From assembly GCA_002269645.1 (NCBI GenBank), contig NIVC01000126.1, positions 930,001 through 994,000 on the forward strand: a DNA stretch of 64,000 nucleotides, given 5' to 3'. The notes beneath the pieces are model-generated. The model did not search any database. It was not told the origin of the DNA and saw only the letters and a program-made list of their open reading frames with translations. Shown piece by piece: positions 28,193 to 41,500 of this stretch. How positions within the stretch are numbered: position 1 is the first letter of the stretch; every line of letters begins with the position of its first letter. The translations under genes and the position numbers were made by a program. The stretch is from Macrostomum lignano. Its lineage: Eukaryota.

Positions 28193-31100
28193 ATGCAAAC
28201 CATCGATTTTCACGTGCGTAGCGACGACCAGAGAAATCGTCGTCAAGTTGTTCAGGCGCGCCGTCAGGAGCAGTCGCAGCAGCTGTTTAGAAGTAGAGAA
28301 GTGGGCAGCCGGAATGACCAGGTGCTGGAGACAGCGATATCCAGTACCAGTTCGAAGAGTCGGCTCCGAGAGCTCACGACGTTGAGGGCGGAGCAACCTT
28401 TGGCACGAGAGTCTGCAGTGGCCGACGCTCCATCGTCGCCAACCTCACCGGCGTCGATGTCGCCTCAGGCTCGGCCAAGCATTGACAGTCAGCAGGGAAC
28501 TTCGCTGCCTGTGACTGATAGTTTGCTCAAGCGACTAATCGACGAGTCGAAGTTTGACCGGCTGATTGAGCACCTCAAGCTGCGCGGCACCTATTCCAGC
28601 ATAGTTGGAAACCGCACTGTTGGCGACTTGGCCGCCGAGAAAGGCAACTGTCTGTTGCTGGACAGGCTGCACGAGAGCTTGGCCTACGATTTTGATCGGA
28701 GGAACAAAGACGGCTTGGTGCCGTTCCACTACGCCGTTAAGAAGCGCCAGCTTGACGCGCTCACAAAGCTAATAGAACTGGGAGCCTCAGCGGATTTGCC
28801 ACTGCCGTCACTGTCCGGCAGAGGACAGTCGGACACTCCGCTGCACCAGGCCTGCTCAATCGCTGATACAAAACTGCTTAACACTCTGCTGGGTAAGTGT
28901 TGTTTAGTAATCTTTCAAGTTTCCGTTCCAGAAGCGACACTTACTTGAACTCTGATTTATTACGCTCATACTGTACCTACTGTACCGGTATATATGTTTA
29001 AAAGAACATAATATACTAGTATTTTGAATCAGTACTCTTACTCTGTACCTGTACAGTGGCTATTTCCCAGCATTATAATCGGAAATTTCTACAACTTCCC
29101 GCTTGTCCATTTCCCAGATCATTGCAGAGCCAGTCTAAACGTTGTTGACGCGCAGGGCAACTCGCCTCTGCACAGAGCGTGCCTTGAAGACTCGCTAGTT
29201 GTTGTGAAAATACTGATGCCGCACATCACGGAACCGGTGCTGAATATGCAAGGATTTGAAGGCAAAACCGCCCTGCACATTGCTGTGCTCAACCAGAACC
29301 GAGAGATTGTACGGCTGCTCCTCACCGCCAAGTGCACGGGTGCTTTGGTCGACATACCAGCTGACAATGGTAAGACGGTTATCGACATCATTCTGGAGCT
29401 CAACAACCACATGATGCTCAACGACTTCATTTACTACTATACTGTGATCAAAATGAAAGGCGTGAGAGCCCAGTGTTTTAAGGAGTTGTCGTTCAATCAG
29501 CAGTTTGGCCAGTATTTGGACTTTCTAGCAAACGTGGACAACGAGTTTCGAGCCTGCATCATCAACATGAAGGAGATTAGCGCGGACGAGAGGCAACTCC
29601 TGTGTGAAAAGTTGCGAGACGACGATCGGATTGACTTGATCGAGTTCACCGAGGTCATCCTGCAGCTGCTGCAGACTGAAGACATTCACGACATCATTCA
29701 CGAGGCTGATAACGATGATGTGCTCATTAAAATTGTTGAAAACATCGTGCACTACGTACTGTTCAGAGAGGATGCTATGCTCCTAGAACGGATCATGACG
29801 TGCGGGGTGCTCTGGTCTGAAGTTTCCGTATTGATAGAGAAAAACCTCGACTCGCTCTATCTGCAAGCCCCCGAGAGAGAGGTGAACGGTATTATTAAGC
29901 ATTTTCGGACGAACTTTGTTGAAAATGAGGCTGTTGATCATAAAAAATTGGCCGAATATTATGGCGACCTGTTGTCCTGCTACAGGCTGAAGGGAGACTG
30001 CGAAGAAACAAACCCGGACAGTCCGTACATGCGAAATCCTTTTCGAACTCTGCCCGTGTGGTCGATTCTGTCCGGCCGATTGTGCCTTACTGAACTGCTA
30101 TTGCAGCAGGAAAAATTCGATGTTGTACCGCTATCGCTGTTCTGCGCCGGCGTGCTGCGAACTTTCCCGGCTAACCAGGACATTGTGGTTGATGAGGAGG
30201 ACGTCGAAGACATGGCGCTGACCTGCGAAAGATTTGCTCGCAAAGTGGTAGAGAAGGCGTACACAATTGACACCTCCTACAACCGGACTGTCAGTCTGGA
30301 TTACTTACTGCGGCCGATGGAATCTTATGGCGGCGTCTCGTGCGTTCGGCTGGCGGCTTCCAACGGTTGCGCAGTGTTCCTACAGAGCGAGCTGTGCCAA
30401 CACGCTCTGGACAAGTTGTGGTTCGATTCCTTGCTCTACCTGAGTCCGGTCACTCGAGAAGTCGTGATCTGGATGGGCGCCATTCCGATGAACATCTTTG
30501 TGCCCATTCTGCTGTCCTACTTCGATAGCAAAGAGGTCGTAGCGAGACAGAAGCACGAAGAGCGGCCGTACATCAGCGACCGTCAGTCAGCTCAGAAGTC
30601 GGCCAAGTTCCACTTGCTGCCCTTAGAATCGGTCGAACCGGACAAAACTGCCGACAGCACCGACGGAGAGAATCTGATTAGGCCAAGCGTTGAGTTGAAG
30701 CAGTTTGGCAATTATTTACCGCACAGGAGGCGGTCGAGCCTGATGAGACCATCAGGTGCAGAAAATGACAACCAAGTTCCTCTTGTGGACTTTGGGCACG
30801 ATGAGCAAGACTGCCAGTCTCAGAGCACGCTAAACTATTCGGAATCAAACTATTTTTGCCACTTCAGCAAACTTTTAATCAATTTCTATCGTACGCCGGG
30901 TGTGAAGTTTCGGTACCACGTCGCTTCGCATATTGTACTGCTCGGACTGATGTCCTACTTCCTGCTCGTAGATTTCAAATATGAAATCTCTAACATTGAA
31001 ATTATTGTCTACCTAATTCTTGGCGGCTTGTTTCTGGAAGAGATGGGCGAAATGGTGCAGTACATCGTCCATAATGACATTCAAAGCTACTTCAATAGTA

Positions 31101-32798
31101 AGTGGAACGTGATTGATTTGTCAGCCCTGCTGTCAGGTGCGACGGGTTTTGTGATTCGCCTGGTAGAGATCAAGCACAACTCCGAGTGGTCCGACATGAT
31201 GCGAGACTTCGAGGACTCGGCTTGGTATTCAGCCAGAATTTTTCTTAGTAAGAAAATCAATCATTGTTTGACTCTTAACTATAGACACAATCTACCATTG
31301 TCTACCTCCAAAACTATAGACACAATCTACCATTGTCTACCTCCAAAACCATAGACACAATCTACCATTGTCTACCTCCAAAACTATAGACACAATCTAC
31401 CATTGTCTACCTCCAAAACTATAGACACAATCTACCATTGTCTACCTCCAAAATCATAGACACAATCTACCATTGTCTACCTCCAAAACTATAGACACAA
31501 TCTACCATTTTCTATATCCAAAAGCATAGACTTAATCTACCATTGTCTGACTACAGAACCATAGACACAATCTACCATTGTTAAACTCAAAAAACCATTA
31601 AACACAATCTACCAATGTCTACCTCCACAAAGATGAATTGATTTCACTACTGATAAAAAACGTTCTATTTATAAGTAGTATATAAAGGAAACTGCTAATT
31701 GTTTCTTGCAGGCATCTGCTGCACCCTCTACTGGATTCGGCTGCTGTACATTTCGAATGTGCTGGAGAATCTCGGGCCCAAGCTAAGAATGATCGCCCAG
31801 ATGATCACCAAGGATCTGCTGCCATTTCTATTGATTCTGTTCATCTTCATCCTGGGATTCGGGTGCTGATGCACAGCTTGCTGTACCCCAACGGGTACAA
31901 GGCCTGGAACTCGGCTCGTATCAGCAGTACTCACGTGCTGCTGGGCATGCTCAAGATCTGCTTCTACAGCATGGTTGGGGAGTACAGTCTGGATACCATT
32001 ATTGGGGACGATTCGTGCGAAAATGTGTACCAAAATTATACTCTAAATGAAGGCAACTGTCCGCACAAAATCGGACGGTGAGTTGGTGGCACTGGATATT
32101 TAGAATTTTCAGAGTTTAGTTTAAGGATTATTTACCCAATATTCTAAAATCCTGCTAACAGGTACCTGGTGCCCTACCTGATCCTGCCTCTCTACGTGAT
32201 CGTCACGGAGATCTTGCTGCTGAATCTCATCATCGCCATGTTCAGCAAGACAATCGAGACCATCGACTCGCGCAGCACCGATCTGTGGCAGTTCGAACGC
32301 CACGATCTCGTTATGGAGTTCCAGACTCGTTCGAGTCTTCCGCCGCCACTCAACGTGTTCGATCTATTCTACAAGCTGCTCAGGCTTCTCCGGAGACTGA
32401 CTCAGCATTCCAGATGCGTCCTCTGCAGCTGTGTCAACGAAGTCGAGACCGTTTTTAGCCGCCGCGTCGTGCTGCAGTTTCTGCTGTTCCAAGCGCTCAG
32501 CCTGCGCAATAACCGGCTGAGGCTGATGCAGCAGAGTCTGCCGAAACAGGAGACCGAAGCCGAGAAGATGCTGATGAAGATGAGAAAAATTGTCGAGTCC
32601 GAGTTGACAAAGCTGAAGCAGCAACCGGCGGGTAGCGACCGCGGCAGCGAAGGTGACAGCGACAGCGACAGCGACCCGCCGAGAGCCATCACAGCCAACA
32701 CTCTGTTAGGCAATTTGCCGAGGACAAGGCTGCCAAGGCCCAGTCTCGCCCAGACCAGATGGAGACAGGCTCTGCGACTGCAGACCATGTGGCGCTAG
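28193..32798 (+). CDS. Ankyrin-repeat TRPM-like cation channel, copy 1. Exons 28193-28892, 29118-31247, 31712-32077, 32162-32798; apparent 1-nt frameshift at ~31861
   Basis: About 6 ankyrin-like repeats (VPFHYAV, TPLHQAC, SPLHRAC, TALHIAV); MHR4-like YGGVSCVRLAA..LCQHALDKLWF; KFRYH, KWNVID, NLGPKL, NLIIAMFS; WQFERHDLVMEF..LPPP. Exon 3 is 366 nt versus 367 nt in copy 2. Confidence 0.85.
31279..31620. repeat. 35-bp minisatellite in intron 2 of TRP copy 1
   Basis: (CTATAGACACAATCTACCATTGTCTACCTCCAAAA)n. Confidence 0.92.
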
Positions 32799-32945
32799 CA
32801 ACCCTTCTTATTGTTGCTCTTCGAGTTTTTTTAGTGGCCAATTAATTTTTGTTTGCAAAAATGTCTGTATTTTTCTGCTGTGCCAATTCTCAAATTTTAA
32901 CACTTGGCAGCGTGATACTTCCTTAACCCATTTTTTAGCTGTTTC

Positions 32946-34362
32946 CATAGGCGTAGGAACGTTTCAAAAAGTGGGGGGGGCAGGTTCAGTGGCGGATTTG
33001 GGGGGTGCGCACAGGGCGCACGCCCCTGTCGAGTTAGATTTTTTATATATGGAAAATGCACATTATCATGTACCGATTATTTTCAGAATCCGTCTTGTCA
33101 GCACTCATTTTATAAAGCGCCGCAGGTGCTCATTTTAGCGCCACAGACACTCATTTTAGCGCCACAGACACTCATTTTAGCGCCACAGACACTCATTTTA
33201 GCGCCACAGACACTCATTTTAGCGCCACAGACACTCATTTTAGCGCCACAGACACTCATTTTAGCACCGCAGGCACTCATTTTAGCACCGCGGGCACTCA
33301 TTTTAGCGCCGCAGGTGCTCATTTTAGCGCCGCAGGCACTCATTTTAGCGCCGCAGGCACTCATTTTAGCGCCGCAGGCACTCATTTTAGCACCACAGGC
33401 ACTCATTTTAGCGCCGCAGGCACTCATTTTAGCGCCGCAGGCACTCATTTTAGCGCCACAGGCACTCATTTAAGCACCGCAGGCACTCATTTTAGCGCCG
33501 CAGGCACTCATTTTAGCGCCACAGACACTCATTTTAGCGCCACAGACACTCATTTTAGCACCACAGACACTCATTTTAGCGCCGCAGGCACTCATTTAAG
33601 CACCGCAGGCACTCATTTTAGCGCCGCAGGCACTCATTTTAGCGCCGCAGGCACTCATTTTAGCGCCACAGACACTCATATTAGCGCCACAGACACTCAT
33701 TTTAGCGCCGCAGGCACTCATTTTAGCACCACAGGCACTCATTTTAGCGCCGCAGGCACTCATTTTAGCGCCGCAGGCACTCATTTTAGCGCCACAGGCA
33801 CTCATTTAAGCACCGCAGGCACTCATTTTAGCGCCGCAGGCACTCATTTTAGCGCCACAGACACTCATTTTAGCGCCACAGACACTCATTTTAGCACCAC
33901 AGACACTCATTTTAGCGCCGCAGGCACTCATTTTAGCACCACAGGCACTCATTTTAGCGCCGCAGGCACTCATTTTAGCGCCGCAGGCACTCATTTTAGC
34001 GCCGCAGGCACTCATTTTAGCGTCACAGGCACTCATTTAAGCACCGCAGGCACTCATTTTAGCGCCACAGACACTCATTTTAGCACCGCAGGCACTCATT
34101 TTAGCGCCGCAGGCACTCATTTAAGCACCGCAGGCACTCATTTTAGCGCCGCAGGCACTCATTTTAGCGCCGCAGGCACTCATTTTAGCGCCGCAGGCAC
34201 TCATTTTAGCGCCGCAGGTGCTATGTTTTGTCGCCCTGCAGCAAAATGCATTCATGCAAAGCAGCAAAAAACAAAAATAAACAAAAAGTCTACATTTTAC
34301 GTTTAAACATTTTAAAAAGTGGGGGGCCATAGCCCCACTGTCCCCCCGTTCCTACGCTTGTA
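32946..34362. mobile_element. hAT-type non-autonomous element carrying an internal minisatellite
   Basis: Imperfect TIRs CATAGGCGTAGGAAC / GTTCCTACGCTTGTA; 8-bp TSD GCTGTTTC at 32938-32945 and 34363-34370. Confidence 0.8.
33115..34220. repeat. 21-bp minisatellite (GCACTCATTTTAGCGCCGCAG)n
   Basis: Tandem repeat; produces the spurious MSACGAK ORFs. Confidence 0.96.
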
Positions 34363-35539
34363 GCTGTTTCAGAAGTAATCCAGTTTGCCGTTTTACCTGC
34401 TCATTTTTTACTAGAAATTTTTGGCTACACAAATTACTTTTTACACTTTTTGCTTACTAAAAAAGCGGTTTTCTTTGTTAAATTGATCAATTTCTAATTT
34501 TGCCAAACTGAATGAATTAATTTTCCGACGCTATTTAATCGCGAACGCGTTTACTTTTAACCAATATTATTCAAGGTAAAAATTGTCCGACTCCTCTCGC
34601 TTGTTGAATTTAACTACTTGGCGATGCCTGCACACTGGGGTAGATTTGGCGTAATTTCTTTCCGGCAAAATGCAAACAATTTTAATCAGCATACTCAGAC
34701 TCTAGACTGTAGAGAAATACCTGAATTGAGTATATGTAAAGTTCTGAGGTTCGCCAACTGACCGGGTTCATCTTTGTATAGATAGCAGACTTAGACTTGG
34801 ACTAATTGATGCTTTTTTACCTGAAGTTGACTAAAGAAACCCCGCACGTGGCCCGGAAGATGAAAAGCTTCAGTCCAAAGCAACCTCTGCTGAATGCAAT
34901 CCCTTGATCATCCGACGGAACAGGTAAAACAATTGACAAAATCCCTAATGCAGTACATTCTGCTGCACAGCCTGTCACCCCAATGCCATAAAACCCTAGA
35001 CTGGCCTAGAGGCACCAATTAAATAGTCCCGTTTCTCGTCCCCTTGGCGTTTTTCTCTAGCCCTGTGCGGTAGGGAGCGGGGGATAGAGGCGGACAGAGG
35101 TGCATGGGAGTGTACGCGCTGGAGGCGGCGACTGACTCACTGGGTGTAAGCAGTAAAGACTGCCTTGCAGAGAGAGAGGGCAAGGCGGAGAGGTTGGGCT
35201 GCCCCGGCCACTCCTTCCTCTGCAGAAATACACGAAAAAGCCTTATTTAACGATCCAGCTGCTTTCTGTACGAAGCAAAGCCGTGTGAACTCTTGTGCGC
35301 AGCGCATGTAATTCTTTCTTATCGCGTCGCGAGCTGCGACCGACTCGTTCGTGTTAATGAACGTCTGCTGCATGCACTACTGACTCTGAGTGAGCCATAA
35401 AACAGTTCTTTATCAGCAGCTACTGTAGCACTGCATGGTCACTGGATCACTGGCAGTTAGCTACAACAAGTGTTTAAAAACAGTTAGTCAATATGCCAAC
35501 TAACACACAGTTGATTGTTTAATTTAACTGACATCCGGC

Positions 35540-38500
35540 ATGTCTGGGTTCAACATCAGCAGCGAGCAGCAACGGTTTCAGTACTCGCGCCAGGTGTCTC
35601 GAGAGCGCCACGATTTTGACCAACCGAGTCGACGAACTCAACTGAATGTCCTCCACGGAGGCCAAAATTTTTACCCGGTCGGTTCAGCGCCGTTGCAATG
35701 GCGAATCCGACGGTTTGAAAACTTTTCGACGGCTGGAGGTGGCGCCGGGGCGCCTTTGTCGTCGTCTAGGCCGACTTCTCGAGTCCCGGCAGCGCCTTTT
35801 CCGGCTGGTGCCGCGCCGTCATCCGCAGCGGTAGGAAGAAACTTTCCGAGTTTCCGGTCGAACCGATCGACCGCGGCAACAACCAGCGATTTTGATCCCA
35901 TCGTGTTGGACGCTTACAAGGCGAACCGACTGGAGCAGCTCAAGCGGCTTCTAACCATCAAAGGCGTGTATACGGAAGTCAACAGGTGCAAAACAGTAGC
36001 CGATCTAGCTGCGGAAGATGGCAAGTTCGAGGTGCTGGATCTGCTGAAGGAATTGTCGGTCGACTTCAACAGGCGAAACGCTGAAGGCATGGTGCCGCTG
36101 CACTACGCCTTGAAGAAGCGTCACTATCGAACTATTCGATACCTGCACAGTTTGGGTGCCAGTCCAGACATTCCTCTGCCGTCGTCCATAAGCGGACGGG
36201 GACTGTCCGACTATCCGCTGCACGTGGCCTGCGCTAGTGCGGACAAGAAAATGCTGGACACATTGCTTGGTATGTGCAGATTCGCAGCGCTCCTTTTGTG
36301 GGGGCAAAGCTTTCCCGCTTCCCCTTAGGGAGGCCATAAATTTCAAGGACTCCTAATGGCGATCGCCACTTCCAGTATATGTCTCGCAAGCTTGCATACA
36401 TATAAAAATATAAATTTTCAATCTTAAAATGACTTACTAAATGGTTTGTTTGAAACCGCAGACTACTGCGGCGCCGAGCTGCACGTGCTGGACGCTCAGG
36501 GCAACACGCCGCTGCACCGCGCCTGCCTCGAGGACTCGCTCGTTGCGGTAAAACGCCTGGCGCCGCATCTCAGCAGCGAGGTGCTCAACGTGCGCGGTCA
36601 CGAAGGCAAAACAGCGCTGCACATTGCTGTGCTGAATCAGAATCGACAGATAGTAGACTTGCTATTGAGCAAGGGAACGCTGGTTGACGTGCCAGCGGAC
36701 AGCGGCAAGACAGTCATTGACCTCATCCTGCAGCTCAACAATCCGATGCTGCTTAACGATTTCGCTCGATTCTACTCAATCCGCATGACCGAGGGCGTCA
36801 CGGCGAGAAACCTGATGGCACTGTCGCACGAGAAGCACTTCGAAAAGTACCTCGAATTTCTCTCTCACGTAGACAACGAATTCAACGAGTGCACAATGGA
36901 GATCAAGGACATCAGCGAGGTTGAAAAGGAAACTCTGTGCGCCAAACTGCAGCACGACGATCGAATCGACCTCATGGAGTTCAAGGAGGTCATCGTCCAG
37001 CTGTTGCAAACTGAGGATATTCATTACTTGATCATGGAGGATGATCGCGATGTGCTGGTCAAGATCGTAGAGAACATTGTGCACTACGTCCTGTTCAGAG
37101 AGGACGCTGTGATGCTCGAGCGAATTATGTACTGCGGAGTGCTCTGGTCGAAGGTGTCGCTATTGATCGAGGATCATCTCGACTCGCTGTACATCCAAGC
37201 TCCAGAGAGAGAAGTCAACGGTATCGTCATGCACTTCAAATCCCGATTCGTTGAGCAAAACAGAGTTCGGCACGACAAACTATCTAAGTACTACGGGAGC
37301 GAGCTGTCTTGCTACAACCTGCAGCCGTACTACCTGGGATTCAATCCCAACATTCAGTACATGCGTCACCCGATGACCACCCTGCCAGTCTGGTCAGTTC
37401 TGTCCGGCCGGCTGTCCCTCACCGAGCTGCTACTTCGCCAGGAGAAGTTCGACGTCGTTCCGCTGTCCCTGTTCTGCGCCGCCCTGCTGAGAACTTTCCC
37501 AATGAATCAGGAACTTGTCGTGGAAGAGGAAGAAATCGAGGCTTTAGCTCTGACCTGCGAGAAATTTGCTCGAAAAGTTGTCGAAAAGGTCAACTCAATC
37601 GATACTTCGTACAATCGCTCTGTCAGTGTCGACTACCTGCTGAGACCACTAGAGTCCTACGGCGGCGTCTCCTGCGTGAAGCTGGCCGCCTCCAACGAGT
37701 GCTCCAGGTTCCTGCAGAGCGAGCTGTGCCAGCGCGCCCTCGACAAGATGTGGTTCCGATCGCTGCTGCACATGAACCCCATCCTGCGCGAGATTATCAT
37801 TTGGATGGGCGCCATTCCGCTCAATTTCCTGGTGCCGCTGGTGCTGCTCTACTACGACGAGAAGGAGATGCGCACCAGGCGTCGCCACGAAGAGCGCAGC
37901 TTCGTCCAGGAGGATGAGACGACGCCGATTTACGAAAAATTCCATTTGCTGCCGAAACTGCCGCTGCCAGCGGACCAGTCCGCTGACAGTCTGGAAGACC
38001 AGATCACTCGGCGACGCGGCTCCAACGCTCATTCGCTGGGAACTCAAGCTGGGCAGAAGCTCGCCAAGGAGGCCAAGCAGCAAGCTCACTCGTCCTCCTC
38101 TCTGCACAAGGAGAATCAGCAGAAAAAGGAGGCGCCAATAGAGGAGATCGAGTTCCGACAGATGGCCCGTCCGAACTCGAAGGTGTCGGAGAAGTCGGAC
38201 GCCTCCTCGCTGCTGCACAAGGCTGACGAACAGGATGAGCACTCGATTTTGAGCTCGATCGGCACCCGAGCGCTCAGACGGTTCCGGCGATTCTTCCAGC
38301 TGATCTCGGAGTTTTACGATACCCCGGCCGTGAAGTTCCGCTACCACGTGGCTTCGCACGTGCTCCTGGTGGCTCTGCTGTCCTATCTGCTGCTGATGGA
38401 CTTCCAGTACGAGCTGAGCATCAAGGAGATCATTGTGTACGCCATTCTCTCCGGCATGCTGCTAGAAGAGGTTGGCGAGATAGCCCAATACACGGAGCAC

Positions 38501-41500
38501 GACGACATCAAGTCGTACTTCAGAAGCAAATGGAACATCATCGACATCACAGCTCTGACCTGTGGGGTGGTCGGCTTCTCGATTCGCATCAGCGAGATCA
38601 AATACTCGCAGGAGTGGAGCGACATGATGCGGGACTTTGAGGACAAGGCCTGGTACACAGCGAGGATCAGCCTGAGTGAGTTCTTCGGTACTGTTTTGAG
38701 AATGTCTCTATCCAATTTCTCTAGAGTGTCTCTTGAATCTTTATAATGTCTCTATAATGTCTCAATCTTGTATCTGTAGAATGCCTGTAGAATGTCTCTA
38801 GAATGTCTCTATCGTGCATCTGTAGAATGTCTTTATAATGTCTCTAGAATGTCTCTATCGTGCATCTGTAGAATGTCTTTATAATGTCTCTAGAATGTCT
38901 ATAGTATATCTGTGGAATGTCTTTATAATGTCTCTAGAATGTCTCTATAGTATATCTATAGAATGTCATTATAATGTCTGTAGAATGTCTCTATAGTATA
39001 TCTGTAGAATGTCTTTATAACGTCTCTAGAATGTCTCTATCGTGTATCTGTAGAATGTCTTTATAATGTCTCTAGAATGTCTCTATAGTATATCTGTAGA
39101 ATGTCTTTATAATGTCTGTAGAATGTCTCTATCGTATATCTGTGGAATGTCTTTATAATGTCTCTAGAATGTCTCTATAGTATATCTATAGAATGTCATT
39201 ATAATGTCTGTAGAATGTCTCTATAGTATATCTGTAGAATGTCTTTATAATGTCTCTAGAATGTCTCTATAGTATATCTGTGGAATGTCTTTATAATGTC
39301 TCTAGAATGTCTCTATAGTATATCTGTAGAATGTCATTATAATGTCTGTAGAATGTCTCTATCGTGTATCTGTGTAGAATGTCTCTAGAATGTTTAAAAT
39401 ATGTGTAGATTGTCTCTAAAGTGTCTGTAGAATGTTTGTAGAACGTCTGTAGAATGTCTACTAAAAGGCCAATAAAAAATCTTTCTATTCCGCGCAAGGA
39501 GTGTCGTCATTTAAGTTTTTGCTTATTTTTTTGTTGTTCAGCGACCAAAAAGTAGCAAAACTCTTTCTTCTCTTCAAGTGTGGCAGTGTTCTGTAGCAGT
39601 AAAAATGGTAGGAACCCACAGATAGATGATGTAGCAGGAGCTCTTGCAGTTAAGAACTGTTTCGTCTGTCTAACCCTAACTTGGAGTGGAAATGCAGTAC
39701 GCTATGCATTCCAATAGTTCTGGGCATTGGCAAATTTGCATAAATTGCACTAAAGAGCTACTGCATGTGTACTGGTTTCCGGCGGAAGGGTTGCTATGAA
39801 TATGCATATAGATTATAAGAAGCTGCTTCACTGAGAATGCGCAATTGTACATCACGGCTGAATTTGGCATAGCAATAAATTTCGCTGTTCAAATGCATGC
39901 GGAAATCAATCCAGCTATTTACCGCTTTCGTTTTTAAGTGAAAGCCTGTTTGCCGACTTCCCTCAAGAGATTAAAGGACATTTTGGTATTTGGTACTAGG
40001 ATCTTGCTTGGGACAGAGCTTGTATGCATGAGATTATTGGGATTTCAAGCTGTACAAGTGGCGCCAAAAAGTGTCTCAAATAGGTGCCTAAAAGTATCTC
40101 AAAGTGGCGCCTAAAAGTACCTCAAATTGGCGCCTAAAAGTATATCAAATAGGTGCCTAAAAGTATCTCAAATAGGTGCCTAAAAGTGTCTCAAATAGGT
40201 GCCTAAAAGTGTCTCAAATTGGCGCCTAAAAGTATCTCAAATTGGCGCCTAAAAGTATCTCAAATAGGTGGCTAAAAGTATCTCTATTTGGCGCCTAAAA
40301 GTTTCTCAACTTGGCGACTAAAAGTATCTCAAATACGAGCTCGTATATGCCTTAAAGTATCTCTAAAAGGTGCCTAAAAGTACCTCAAAAAGGTGCCTAA
40401 AAGTATCTTAAATAGGGGCGCCTACGAGACGTAAAAGTATCTCAAATAGATGTCTGAAAGTATCTCATATAGGCGCTAAAATCAGAAAATGTCTTCACAT
40501 AGCTACTCAAATTGGACTTCAATCAGTAGTATCTGGTGTAGCGCATTGCTATAATCTTTATTTAACAATAATTGCAGGCATCTGCTGCACCCTGTACTGG
40601 ATCCGGCTGCTGTACATTTCCACAGTGCTGGAGAATCTCGGGCCCAAACTGAAAATGATTGCAAAGATGATCACTAAGGATCTGCTGCCATTTCTATTGA
40701 TTCTGTTCATCTTCATCCTGGGATTCGGAGTGCTTATGCACAGCTTGCTCTATCCAAACGGATACAGGGCCTGGAATTATGGTCAATTGAACAAGGTTCA
40801 CGTGCTGCTGGGCATGCTCAAGATCTGCTTCTACAGCATGGTTGGGGAGTACAGTCTGGATACCATTATGGGCGACGATTCTTGCGAAATGATCTACGAA
40901 ACGCGGGAGAACAATACCAGCAGTTGTCCGCATCATTTTGGCCGGTGAGTGAGATTCCAGTCATTGTTGGTCCTGCGACTTCCAAAACCCTGGAGAGAGG
41001 AAGGGAATCCCCAGGGTTTTGCCATGGGTCTGAGGGGGAGAGAGAGGAAGGGAATCCCCAAGGTTTTGCCATGGGTCTGAGGGAGAGAGAGGAAGGGAAT
41101 CCCCCAAGGTTTAGCCAGGGGTCTGAGGGAGAGAGAGGAAGGGAATCCCCCAAGGTTTTGCCATGGGTCTGAGGGAGAGAGAGGAAGGGAATCCCCCGGG
41201 GTTTTGCCGTGGGTCTGAGGGGGAGAGAGGGGAAGGGAATCCCCCACGATTTAGCCATGGGTCTGAGGGAGAGAGAGAGGAAGGGAATCCCTCAATGTTT
41301 AGCCATGGGTCTGAGGGAGAGAGAGAGGAAGGGAATCCCCGGGGGTTTAGCCGTGGGTCTGAGGGGGAGGAAGAAAGGGAATCCGCCAGAGTTTAGCCAT
41401 GGGTCTGAGGGGGGAGAGAAGAAGGGAATCTCTAGGATTTAGCCATGGGTCTGAGGGAGAGAGGAAGGGAATCCGAATCCCCAAGCAAAGGTAAGCTCTC

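Noticed and set aside
32987-33095. Nested CAGTGGCGGATTT hAT-like end
   Set aside because: No convincing partner TIR or TSD.
33110-34330. MSACGAK repeat ORFs
   Set aside because: 21-bp minisatellite within a MITE.
35137-35373. 78-aa minus-strand ORF with a donor-like site
   Set aside because: No recognisable motif; lies in the probable promoter of TRP copy 2.
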